Source: Leucoraja erinacea
Lineage: Eukaryota
Direction of reading: 5' to 3'
NCBI RefSeq assembly: GCF_028641065.1
Contig: NC_073380.1
Location: forward strand, 89,528,001-89,592,000
Length of the DNA stretch: 64,000 nucleotides
Both the position numbers and the translations under genes were made by a program. Position 1 is the first letter of the stretch; each line of letters starts with the position of its first letter. This document shows, piece by piece, positions 25,545 to 37,880 of this stretch. The notes beneath the pieces were generated by a model. The model was not told where the DNA came from. It saw nothing but the letters and a program-made list of their open reading frames with translations, and made no database searches.

Positions 25545-27982
25545 TATTCTAATATTTGGGAAGGGTCTGATTACTCTTTGATGAATACAATTTAAGGTGG
25601 ATGACAGTAAAAAGGTAAGTAGGGCTAGAAATGTTATTGTCTTGGCTTGAGTGGGTCCTTCTAGCTCTGAAGGATTGGCTCCAGAAATGGGTCAGAACCT
25701 GAGACTTGGAGTCTGGTAAGAATGTAAAATCAAACACTTTGAATGATGGTTCACAGGATGCAAGTCATGGCCTAGTTACATTTTATTTGAATCATACATT
25801 TTGTTCAGTGAACATATCATTCCAGTAAAGATCGGATGAAAATAAAATGTTACATTTTTTTCAAATTTGTTATATTGTTTTTAAAATCACATGCTGGGAC
25901 AGATGCTTGGACAATACAGGAGAACTTACTTTAGACAGTATAGCATGCACCTGGAAATACTGCTGTCCTCTCATATGTTGCAGAAGCTGGACTCTGTGGG
26001 GGCTGCTGCTATTAGCTAACGTGAGAATATAACAGGAGATTTCTATGGTAACTGGCAGTTTTCCGATTCCCACAAAATATATACTGATGCTGCCAGGAGG
26101 CACTCAAGAATGAAAGAAGGCATAAATGATTAGAACTGTTTAACTTCTCAAGTACATTGTGACTGTTGAGCAATGGCAGAAAATGTGATATTTGTGACTT
26201 CCTCCTTTCTTTTGTGTATGAGAGAGTATCACAGAAACTCGTCTGAAGACTTTCGACCTGAAACATTGCCTATCCATTCCCTCCTCAGATGCTGCCGAAC
26301 CCTCTGAATTCCTCCAAAACCTTTGTTTTGAATCGCAGAAATCCTGCTTTGTTTGTATGCCTTCACACATAATATGATCAGTTTTCCCTCATGATTGATG
26401 TGCAGGCATAATTCCTTTTATTTAAGCTTTTTTTTTCATTATCCATGGGAGGTAGTTGAGGCTGGGATGATCCCAACATTTAAGATACAGTGAGACAGTT
26501 ACATGGATAGGTCAAGTTTGGAGTGAAATGGACCAAACGCAGGCAGGTGGGACCAGTGTAGCTGGGACATGTTGGCCGGTGTGGGCAAGTTGGGCCGAAG
26601 GCCTGTTTCTACACTGTCTCTATCACTCTATGACTCCATCTGGCTTTCCCAAAACGTGAGTTTCTTGTTGCATTTGTAAGTCGAGCGTGGATGCAAAGCA
26701 GTTTTCTTTGAAATAGTTTTAAATTTGTATGATATAATTTAGATAAAGTGCTTTGTTCTAAAGTTAATCCCTCATTGTTTGTGTATAAAGTAAAAGTTTA
26801 ACATTTCGAGCAAAAATAGCTCCTAAGATTTGAAGCATTTGGCTCGAATGATTGAGGGATAAATATTAGCCAACCCCACGATGTAATAGGAGCTGTACTA
26901 CACCGTCCAACTGAAGATGAACATCTTTACTCAAATGAGCAGGTAGTTTGTGTGACAGACAGGCTGTCGAAATCGACTTGCAACCTTCTGGCTAGGAAGC
27001 TGGCACCCTTACAACGTGTTCAGCCTTTTAAATTCATTAACTTTACAGTTGTATGAAGGAGTTTTGTGATAAATACACTATCTTCTCAGTAAATTATTTC
27101 CATGATATTGTTTTTCATGTACTGTACTTGCTACAGATCCTATCATGTTGCCTATTGTAATTAAAATGAGGATTCTGTGAGGGGTAATTTGCTATCTTAG
27201 TACATTGGCATTCTACTTTTCTCCACTGATATGTATGTATAAAATAACATTGTCACTATTATAAGTGGTGTACAATTTCCCTGTCTAAATTGTGCTATAT
27301 CCAAGGTTATGGTATATCAAAAGAACATTAAAGTAATAGGTTGCCGTACCACAAAAACTGTTCTCAATCATGCTTCATTGAGCAATTATAACCTAATACA
27401 TTGAGGCAGTGGCGGATGTGAAGAATTAATGACTTTATTCTTTGCCTACAATGAAAAAAAATTAAAGATACGGAGACAACAGAGCATTTTGTGACCTCAT
27501 ATACTTTTGTAGTGTGTGACTGCTGCATTAAACGGTTATAGGCAATTGCAATGCTGCCCAAAAAATGCTTTGAACTCCTTATTTTAAAATAATCACAATA
27601 TATTTAGAATCTTGTACTGTTTTATTACAATGGCATTCAATGGAACCTAGAAGATAGAACAGTAGATCACGTGAAAAGGCCCTTTGGCCCATAATATCCA
27701 TGCCGAACATGATGCCAGGTTAAACTAATCTGTTCTGCCAGCATGTGATCCATATCCCTCCATTTCCTGCATATCCATGTGCCATTCTAAAAGCCTATTA
27801 AATGCCACAATTGTATCTGCCTCCACCCCATCATCCCTGACAACACATTCTAGGCACCCACTGCACTAAAAAAAAATTGTCCTGCACATCTCCTTTATAT
27901 GTCCTTCTCATCCTTGACATCTTCACCCTGGACAAATGGCTCTGACTGCCCTATTTGTGCCCCTCATAATTTTACATTCTTA

Positions 27983-28914
27983 CTGGACCAGGTGCAAACC
28001 CAAAAGGCCTGTTCCCCAAGGCAATATTCCACCACTGACCCATAGCTCCCAACTGCGCAGGTGCGGCTGAAAGGTTCCCGTTATGACACCAGAAATCCCC
28101 GTTGTGACGCGTGTCACGGCAACCCTCCCCTTACTGTGCCTCGCCATCCCTCTTCCTGCCCCTATCCTCCTCCATTCCCTCTCATCCCCATCACTCATCC
28201 CCCAGCACTCCCTCCACCTCCTCCACCCTCCTTTCCCCTCTCCTCCTCCCCTCCCCCACTCCCTCCCTCATCTCTCCCTCCCTCTCCTTTCCCCTGCCCT
28301 CAGTCACTCCTTCCATAACCCCTTATCCTCCCTACCCCCATCCTCTCCCTGTATCTCCCTCCTCCTCATGCTCCCTCCTCATCTCCCCCCATCCCACACA
28401 CCCACAATGAAAATCGCGATATTTTAAAAAAACATTTTTTTTTTTAATGAAACCTCTCCCCTAACTGAGCCCCTCACAATGAAATTTGTTTATTTTTAAT
28501 GAAACTCTCAATGAAAATCACTTTTTTTCTTTTAAAATGTTAGCTGTTAATGAAAACGGAAGAATTAGATTAAAACAGAGTTGTTTTTTAAATCACAATT
28601 TTATATGTAAATGAGATTCGGGATCCGATTGTGACGTAATTGTGAGGTCGAACGGGATCCCATTATGATGTTGAACGTGGCTGATGGGCAGGGCAAGTGG
28701 AAAAGTGGTTTAAAGTGTTTTTTGTAAAGTTTAAAATGTCAATAACTTGTACATAATATAACATCAATCAGAACAAAACTTGTTTTATTTACATCCCAGG
28801 ACAATGGTTAGGAAGGTGGGCCAAAAGGTAGCGCTATCGTGTACCGTTTTGGCGAGGTTTCGGCATCTCACGCACGCATGCAAACAAACAAGATGAGAGT
28901 TTTTGTTTTATATA
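27983..28914 (-). mobile_element. Helitron-like non-autonomous element (near full length)
   Basis: Minus-strand 5' end tatataaaac..ctctcatcttgtttgtttg, decayed 3' hairpin plus CCAG|T, and an internal C/T-rich tract at 28130-28400. Confidence 0.55.
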
Positions 28915-29044
28915 CGCAAGCACCCTATCACCAAGCCACTCTTCCCCCCCCGCCGCCGCCACCACCACCACTGCCTGCTCTCCCAACGCAACCTGTTTTC
29001 CCCAACGCAATATTTTGCCCATTCCCCAACGCAATATGCCCATC

Positions 29045-29189
29045 NNNNNNNNNNNNNNNNNNNNNNNNNNNNNNNNNNNNNNNNNNNNNNNNNNNNNNNN
29101 NNNNNNNNNNNNNNNNNNNNNNNNNNNNNNNNNNNNNNNNNNNNNNNNNNNNNNNNNNNNNNNNNNNNNNNNNNNNNNNNNNNNNNNNN
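29045..29189. other. Assembly gap
   Basis: Run of N, preceded by short cccaacgcaa repeats. Confidence 1.
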
Positions 29190-29959
29190 GCCCTCAACTC
29201 ACGCATAGCCCCCAACTGCACAGGCGCGGTTAGAGAGGGTGGGGGTGTTGGGGTATAGAGGGAGGGGGTGGGGATGTAGGGATTGAGGGGTAGGAGGAGT
29301 GTGCGGCGACACAGGGGAGGGCTGGTTCCCGAACGCTATACTCCACCACTCACCCATAGGTCCAAATACTCACCACTCCCTAGAGAGGGAGGGTGGTTAG
29401 AGAGGAAGGGGGGTGGGGGGCAGAGAGGGAGGGGGTAGATAGGGAGTGGGAGGGCAACTTGTTCTTTTTGATCTTATTTGATTGTGCACGGCAGGTTCAT
29501 TGCATTTGTGGAAACACGTGAAGGTTGCAATATCCCACCCCTGTCCCATTGTGATGTCATATGTCAATGAGATCCATTGTGTTTGGACATGTGTGAGATG
29601 GCACTGTGACATCATCAATCGAATGTGCTGCAAGAGTCTCCCACTGAAAAGCAGTTAATTGTTTTAAATACACGATTAAAACATAAACTTCGGATATATA
29701 GGTTGAAATGCAACGGGAAGATGTTTATCCCGTCGAGGGAAAAAATGTGAGTAGCATGTGTGAAAATGGGAAGGCTGCGGCGAAGCGCTTTGGAAGGCGA
29801 TACAAATTTAGGAGATTAAAAGAAAGCCAACACAATCCTGCATACACACATTGGACATCCGGTGGCGCTGTTGCTAGCTGCCTCCGCCGTCAGTCCGGTA
29901 TCTTTTTGGTTTTTTTGTTACGTTTGAAGAGCGTTTTTTGTGTTTTTTTATGTCTTTAT

Positions 29960-30797
29960 GTTGGCCGATTAGGAAAAGGGGAGATGCAACGAGACCTGGG
30001 TGTCATGGTACACCAGTCATTGAAAGTAGGAAGGTACACAAAAATGCTGGAGAAACACAGCGGGTGCAGCAGCATCTATGGAGCGAAGGAAATCGGCGAC
30101 GTTTTGGGCCGAAACCCTTCTTCAGACTGAATTCTTAAGGGGTTGGACAGGCTAGATGCATTGAAAGTAGGAATGCAGGTGCGGCAGGCAGTGAAGAAAG
30201 CAAATGGTATGTTAGCATTCATGGCAAAAGGATTTGAGTATAAGAGCAGGGAGGTTCTACTGCAGTTGTACAGGGTCTTGGTGAGACCACACCTGGAGTA
30301 TTGCGTGCACTTTTGGTGTATAGAGGGAGTACAGAGAAGGTTCACCAGACTGATTCCTGGGATGGCAGGACTTTCATATGAAGAAAGACTGGATAGACTC
30401 GGCTTGTACTTGCTAGAATTCAGAAGATTGAGGGGGGATCTTATAGAAACGTCCAAAATTCTTAAGGGGTTGGACAGGCTAGATGCAGGAAGATTATTCC
30501 CGATGTTGGGAGATCCAGAACTAGGGGCACAGTTTAAGGATAAGAGGGAAGTCTTTTAGGACCGAGATGAGAAAATTATTTTTTACACAGAGAGTGGTGA
30601 ATCTGTGGAGTTCTCTGCCACAGAAGGTAGTTGAGGCCAGTTCATTGGCTATATTTAAGAGGGAGTTAGATGTGGCCCTTGTGGCTAAAGGGATCAGGGG
30701 GTATGGATGATCAGCCATCATCATATCGAATGGCAGTGCAAGCTTTAAAGGCCGAATGGCCTACTCCTGCACCTATTTTCTATGTTTCTATGTTTCC
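29960..30797 (+). mobile_element. CR1 3' fragment with a nested Penelope pLTR (about 30030-30130)
   Basis: GRLGKGEMQRDLGVMVHQSLKVG...RPHLEYC...RRLRGDLIET, with a (tatgtttc) tail. Confidence 0.88.
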
Positions 30798-31572
30798 ATG
30801 TGAGGGAAGAGGGTAAGGGGGATACCGTCCTTCAGTCGCTTCTTGGAGAGGATGCGACTACTATTCGAGTCTCGTCCTCGAGCCCCCCCTCCCCCCCCCC
30901 CCCCCCCCACGGCCTACCTACTGGATTGTCACAGCCTTTCCTGCCGGGACCGACCAGAGCTCCACAAGCGGCGGCGCAGCGTAGGATACATCGCGTGGCG
31001 GGCGATGCATTACCGGGGATCGCCGTTTGGAGCTCCGGAGTGCTGGGCCTGCGCACCGACATCGCGGAGCTCCCAACGCGGGCGGCACTGACCAACATCG
31101 CGGAGTTCTGCGACTCCGCCCGGTTCGGCCTGTGGACTTCGGGAGCAGCGGACTCCGGTGGGAGGTGGCTGATCTGGAGGTCCGGGCCGCTGAGGATGTT
31201 CTCCGTCGGGGTTCGGCGTCTGGGTTCAATCGTTCCTGAGAGAACCTGAGCATCGGGCCGCCCGTGGCGGCGACTGAGGGTGCTCAGGAGGCCCGACCAC
31301 AGGTGAACATCTGGGAAGATCGGCGGGGAGGCTGACTAGACTATGGTATTTTCCTTAATTTTGGTTCCGCTGTGGGGTTATGTTGTGTCGTGGACATCTG
31401 TGTTTGTGCTTTAAAAAAAACCCCGTTTATTTATTTATTTATTATTTATTTTTATGTTACTTGACTAAGGAAAATCCATTTCTTTGTTTCTTATGAGATA
31501 ACAATAAATTGAATACAATACAACACAGAAATTTAGAATGTTGAGAACAAAGGGAAGAGTTTTAGTATAATA

Positions 31573-32080
31573 CAAGATCAAGTGCAGACCCGTTGGGTCT
31601 GCTCCCCCAACGCACCCGTTCCCTACCCGTAGCCCCCACGGAAGGCGTGGTCCTCCAATTCAAGCCGTTCCCGAACGTAATCTTCCAGCACTCCCCTTGC
31701 CTCCCTCAGAAGTGATCTTTAAAAAAAATTACAATTGCACTTGCCCCAGGTGTTGCAATAGCAATCCGCCCTCCCCCTGCCAGCTGAGCCATTGTGAGCC
31801 ATCAGTTGAAGCTTCCATTGTGACGTCATCAGTTGAAGCTGGTCGGTTAGAAATTGAAGGTATTTTGATTATTTTTTTTACTTTAATCAGTAATGTCGAG
31901 AATAAAGCATAAAATGTTCAGTGAAAGTGATATCTGTCTGCCTAGAGGGGAAAAATGTGAATCAGAATATGTAAAAATCTTGTGAAAGATGGCATTTTTA
32001 AAGCTTTAATTGTGAATAACATGTCAAATATAGGATGAAATCTTCATTGAGGCTGGTCTCTATCGATGTAATAGATAGAT
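31573..32080 (-). mobile_element. Helitron-like non-autonomous element
   Basis: Perfect hairpin gcagaccc-gtt-gggtctgc (31584-31602) about 11 nt from a CTTG|T end. Minus-strand 5' end tctatctattac. Related to 27983-28914. Confidence 0.6.
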
Positions 32081-32259
32081 ACGTAGTTATCAGATATAAG
32101 ATAATGGTTTTCTCCCAACGTCTGGGATTGAAATAGAGGATGCAAATTTATTTTAAAAGGGGGAAGTTTGAGATTTTAGAAAATGAGAGGAATGTTGTTA
32201 ATCATTTTACTTCAAGTTTTACGTTCAAACTTTGAATTTCTTTGTTGTTTATTTGACAA

Positions 32260-33180
32260 CAAAAAAGTTGATGAGGGCTGTAAATGTTGTCTATATGGAC
32301 TTCACCATGGCATGGTGGGCTGCTCTGGAAGTTTAGATTGCATGAGATCTAGGGAGAGCTCATCAACTGAATAGAGAATTCTGTTCATGGAAGGAACCAG
32401 ACAGTGGTGGTAGAAGGTTGTTTTTCAGACTGGAGGCCTGTGTCTAGTGGTGTGCCTCTAGGATCAGTGCTGGACCCGTTGCTGTGTGAGTAGCATTATT
32501 TTTAAGTTTACAGGAGACACCAAAGTGGATTGGATCGTGGATAGTGAAGATGGTTAGTACAAAATCACAGCATGATCAAGATGATCTGGCAAATGAGCCT
32601 AAGGGACGGTTAATGGAGTTTATTGGAGAATAAATGTGAGGTGCTGCTTTTTGGGAGGTCAAACCAGGAGTGATCTAATTGAGGTGTACAAAATTATGAG
32701 GGGATAGATAGGGTGAATGCAAAGAGTCTTTTACCCAGAGCAGGGGAATCAAGAACCAGAGGGCAAGTTTAAAGTGAGAGGGGAAAGATTTGATAGGAAG
32801 GATTAGGTTGGGAGGAAAGATTGCTTGGCCTGCACTCACAGGATTGGAGAAGAATGAAAGGCATGCCAGTAAAAATACTGTACAAGGAGGACATGTCCTT
32901 TCATGACACAGTCCAGGACCAGAGTGCATAATTTTAGAGTGAGAGGAAGGACACATAAAACTGAGATGAATAACTTCTCTCAAAGTTTGAAAATCTTTGG
33001 AATTCATTCCCCTAAAAGCTGTAGATCCTTGAATGTTCAAAGTGAGTTAGATTTTTCATCAGCAAGGTATAATTTGAAGAGGTCAGGAAGGTGAACAAGA
33101 AAAGTCAAATTGGTTGTGATCTTATTGAATAGTGCTGGTTTGAGGGCTGAATGGCCAAACACCTGCTCCTGTTTCTTGTG
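32260..33180 (+). mobile_element. Old CR1 fragments
   Basis: Decayed gtctatatggacttca, agtggtgtgcctctaggatcagtgctgg and agaaccagagggca motifs. Confidence 0.7.
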
Positions 33181-33969
33181 GGATTGAATTTGCAGTTTCT
33201 AAAAGTGTATTTAGTTTTGAGAAACTAAAGGTGTTGATCATCAGATGTTAAAATTACAAAGAAAATGAGAGAAGGAGAATGGGAAGTGATGTAGGTGTGC
33301 TATGTTTTTATTTCATTAAAATATTTAGTTGCTTCAAAAAAAAAATGAGGATTACAACCAGTTACACCTTGCGTAGAAATAACGCAGTGGAGGGAAAGAG
33401 AGAATAGGTCAATAGGGCAAACAAGATACATTTTATTTGGATGATAAATGGCACATGGGACAGTTGGTTAGTATGTTCTGTTTATTATTGCAAGAAGCGT
33501 ACAATCTATGCTTGATACTGTAAAAAGTATATTAAAAATTACTTTGATTTTATTTTCCCAATACTCCATTTGTTCAACGATTGAATCTTAGTACAAATGG
33601 GTTCCTGAAATTGTATGGGATCAGAAATAGCCTGCAATGTTAAGCATGAACTCCAGCCATTCTGATTGTTAATGGTAGATGGTTTAACACCTGTACTTCC
33701 TGCCTGGGACTTCCAAGCTTTGGGCGAATAGAATGACTGGACAATATGAAATGTGATTCCGATTGGCATTTTTATAGCAATGCTGAGATCTTTTAATCGA
33801 TTCATGAAAATCGCATAAAATACATGGACAATTTGATATATCTGGGACATATGAAATCGTAGTAGATAGCATTTGGTCTATCATGGCTGCTTCACCGGTT
33901 ATGGCTGATCTTTTGCAGGTGGCATTTACTTGCACTATCCTCATATCCAACTGTAGGCAATAATTAAAG

Positions 33970-34395
33970 ATGAAAGAATGGGTCGGCTGGGCGTATCCAC
34001 TGGAATTTAGGAGGATGAGAGGGCATCTTATAGAAACATATAAAATTCATAATGGATGGGACAGGCATCACATGTTCCTGATGTTGGAATCCAGAACCAG
34101 GGGTCACAGTTTAAGAATCAGGAGTAGGCCATTTAGGACTGAGATGAGGAAAAATCTTTTTTACCCAGTGAGTTGTGAATCTGTGGAATTCTCTGCCACA
34201 CAAGGCAGTGGAGGCCAATTGACCGGATGTTTTCAAGAGAGAGTTAGATATAGCTCTTTGGGCTAACAGAATCAAGGGATATAGGGAAAAAGCAGGAATG
34301 GGGTACTGATTTTGGATGATCAGCCATGATCATATTGAATGGCAGTGCTGGCTCGAAGGGCCGAATGGCCTACTCCTGCATCTATTTTCTATGTG
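33970..34395 (+). mobile_element. CR1 3' fragment
   Basis: LEFRRMRGHLIETYKI...SRTRGHSLRI plus the 3' UTR. Confidence 0.88.
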
Positions 34396-34504
34396 TCTTG
34401 TGCTTCTAATTCCGTAATTTGACGTTAAATTCTTATTAGAATTTACTTCTAACCTCTGTGATCCATGAAGAGTAGATGAACATCTAGGTTCTTGTATCTT
34501 TCAG

Positions 34505-34655
34505 TTGCTGCGATTGGCTGACCCACATCTGTCGGAGAAGGCAACAGCTTAAAGCTCGCACAGTATGGCTGGGACATCCAGAGAAGTGTGAGGAAAAATA
34601 TCCAAGGAATGCTATTAAAAACCAGAAGTACAACCTCTTCACATTTGTGCCTGGG
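34505..34655 (+). CDS. ATP9B: ATP9B coding exon (exon 3 equivalent)
   Basis: tttcag acceptor and gtgagt donor. The phase-2 junction fits the previous exon (ag+t = Ser). Translates [50 protein letters not shown]. Confidence 0.96.
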
Positions 34656-34734
34656 GTGAGTAAGTGTACTGTTTGGAATACATTTCCTTTGAATGGAAAT
34701 GGGGAAGTTCTAATTCAGAATCACCTCTTTCAGT

Positions 34735-34906
34735 TTGTAGGAAAGAACTACAGATGCTGGTTTAAATCTAAGGCAGACACACAATGCTGGAGTAACTCAG
34801 CAGGTCGGGCAGCATCTCTCGATAGAAGGAATGGGTGAGTTTTGGATCAAGACCCTTCTTTCAGAGATGCTGCCTGTTCTGAGTTACTGCAGCATTTTGT
34901 GTCTAC
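34735..34906. mobile_element. Penelope pLTR mini-element with a short inverted segment, 80 nt after ATP9B exon 3
   Basis: gtaggaaagaactacagatgctgg...cccttctttcag, then gagatgctgcctg..ctgagttact..gcattttgtgtctac. Diverged flanking repeat cacctctttcagtt/cagctcttttagtt. Confidence 0.7.
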
Positions 34907-35119
34907 CAGCTCTTTTAGTTCATTTGTTCCCAGTGTCAATATTTTCATTCCATTTTAGTAATCACAGTTACTTGGTTAAAGCAACACTTGGACATAATAA
35001 GTTACCCAATCAGGTTGAAAAAAAAATTTACCACTTGCACAATAGGTGCAATAAATAATGTCTGCCAAATCAATTTCTAAAGAGCCGTGTGGTGCTGAAC
35101 TTTGTTTTCTCCAGATGCA

Positions 35120-36725
35120 AATAGACAATAGGTGCAGGAGTAGGCCATTCGGCCCTTCGAGCCAGCACCGCCATTCAATGTGATCATGGCTGATCATCCC
35201 CAATCAATACCCCATTCCTGCCTTCTCCCCATATCCCCTGACTCCGCTATTTTTAAGAGCCCTATCTAGCTCTCTCTTGAAAGCATCCAGATAACCTGCC
35301 TCCACCGGCCTCTGAGGAAGAGAATTCCACACTCACCACTCTCTGAGAAAAAGTGTTTCCTCGTCTCCGTTCTAAATGGCTTCCTCCTTATTCTTAAACT
35401 GTGGCCCCAGGTTCTGGACTCCCCCAACATCGGGAACATGTTTCCTGCCTCTAGCGCGTCCAAACCCTTAACAATCTTAAATGTTGCAATGAGATCCCCC
35501 TCATCCTTCTAAACTCCAGAGTATACAAGCCCAGCTGCTCCATTCTCGCAATCCCGGGAATTAACCTTGTAAACCTACGCTGCACTCCCTCAATAGCAAG
35601 AATATCCTTCCTCAAATTAGGGGACCAAAACTGCACACAATACTCCAGGTGTGGTCTCACTAGGGCCCTGTACAACTGCAGAAGGACCTCTTTGCTCCTA
35701 TATTCGATTCCTCTTGTTATAAAGGCCAACATGCCATTCGCTTTCTTCACTGCCTGCTGTACCTGCATACTTTCATATACTGTTGTGTTCAAGAAGGAAC
35801 TGCAGATGCTGGAAGATCGAAGGTACACAAAAATGCTGGAGAAACTCAGCGGGTGCAGCAGTATCTATGGAGCGAAGGAAACGGGCGACGTTTCGGGCTG
35901 AAACCCTTCTTCCGAAAGCATACTTTCATATACTGATGAAACCTCACATTTATCCGCATTAAATTTCATCTGCCATGCATCTGTCCACTCCCCTAACCTG
36001 TCCAAGTCACCCTGCATTCTCATGGCATCCTCCGCACTGCCACCCAGCTTTGTGTCATCTGCAAATTTGCTAATGTTACTTTGAATCCCTACATTCAAAT
36101 CATTGATGTATATTGTAAATAGCTGCGGTCCCAGCACCGAGCCTTGCGGTACCCCACTAGTCACTGCCTGCCATTCTGAAAGGGACTCGTTAATCCCTAA
36201 CCTTTGCTTCCTGTCTGCCAACCACTTCTCTATCCATGTCAGCACTCTACCCCCAATACCATGTGCCCTAATTTTGCCCACTAATCTCCTATGTGGGACC
36301 TTATCAAATGCTTTCTGAAAGTCCAGGTACACTACATCCACTGGCTCTTCCTTGTCCATTTTCCTAGTTACATCTTCAAAAAATTCCAGAAGATTAGTCA
36401 AGCATGATTTCCCCTCCGTAAATCCATGCTGACTCGGACCGATCTCGTTACTGCTATCCAAATCTTCGACTATCTAATTTTTATAATTGACTCCAGCATC
36501 TTCCCCACCACCGATGTCGGGCTAACTGGTCTATAATTCCCTGTTTTCTCTCTCCCGCCTTTCTTAAAAAGTGGGATAACATTAGCTACCCTCCAATCCA
36601 CAGGAACTGATTCTGAGTCTATAGAACATTGGAAAATTATCACCAATGCATCCACGATTTCTAGAGCCACTTCTTTAAGTACCCTGGGATGCAGACCATC
36701 AGGCCCTGGGATTTATCAGCCTTCA
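35120..36725 (-). mobile_element. CR1 LINE RT fragment
   Basis: NYRPVS, QHGF, YLDFQKAFDKVPH, GVPQGSVLGP, FADDTKL, RPHLEYCVQFWSP. Confidence 0.95.
35783..35917 (-). mobile_element. 135-bp Penelope pLTR mini-element with an 18-bp TSD
   Basis: gcatactttcatatactg at 35765-35782 and 35918-35935. Confidence 0.85.
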
Positions 36726-37339
36726 AACTAACTTGTGCAGTCATAAATGGAACATGGCTGAACCTCTAGATCCCAAAGGTGCTTTTCAAGACCAGTCATG
36801 GCTTCAGTGGAAAATAGCCCTCAGGTGGCACGGTTCCATTGCCATCTATTGGCTTGGCATGTTTTCGCTCAAACTTTAATTACCTTGTGTCAAAGCTATT
36901 GAAAAGTTTACGATTAAAATGTTTTTGATACATTAGAGACATTAAAAACCTATTGAAGTTATATTTGTAGTAAAGAAAATTAAGTTCCTCAAAAACACAT
37001 GCTGTGACATCGGTTATTCAGCAAGTTCTGTATCAGCGGTGGATCTTTGCAAGTTTCTCTCTTTGATACAGTTGGTTGAAGCTGCAGCTCCTGCAGCCAG
37101 TATGGTGTAGCTTGAAATCTCTCAATTTTATCATTCTTCTCCTGAGGAAATAGACGGGCAAATGTGGTTGATTTTGTTAAAAGTATCTTAATTGCTATGA
37201 AAGATAAACTAATAGATGCTCTATGGGATCTTTAGAAAACTAATATCCCAGAAGCCTTGACATCTTCAGGCACATGCTGATTCTGATTGAACCATAACTA
37301 CTACCCCACTATTGTGAATATACCAAGCTGATTTGACAA

Positions 37340-37880
37340 CACGATACGTTAGGACTTTATTTATCCCAGGAGGGAAATTGGTCTGCCTACAGTAATAAAA
37401 CATAACAAGATGCATGAAACATGAAATTAAAGTGACGAGTGGAAAGTCCAGAATTGGGGATGTGCAAAGATTGGCGGGGAGGGATGAGGAAGTGGGATAA
37501 GGGGGAGAGTAGCCAGTCTAACCCATGACAGAAGGCAGAGGAGTTGTACAGTTTGAAAGCCACAGGGGAAAAAGGATCTCCTGTGGTGTTCTGTGCTGCA
37601 TCTTGGTGGTGAAGTCTGTTGCTGAAGGTGCTCCTCAGGTTGACTGGTGTCATGGAGGGGTTGAGCTGTTTATCCAAGATGCTCTGCAGTTTGAGGAGCA
37701 TCCTCCCCTCCAAGACCATCTCCAGTGAATTCAACTCCACCCCCAGACGGAGCCAGCCTTCCTGTTGAACTTGTTAATTCTGTTGCCATCCGCGGCCTTC
37801 ATCCTGCTACTCCAGCATACGACAGCGAAGAAGATGGCACTGGCCACCACCGATTGGTAGAACATCTGCAGCATCTTAGC
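37340..37880 (-). mobile_element. Rex1/Babar-type LINE 3' fragment
   Basis: KMLQMFYQSVVASAIFFAVVCW...RINKFNRKAGSV...FKLYN. Confidence 0.75.
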
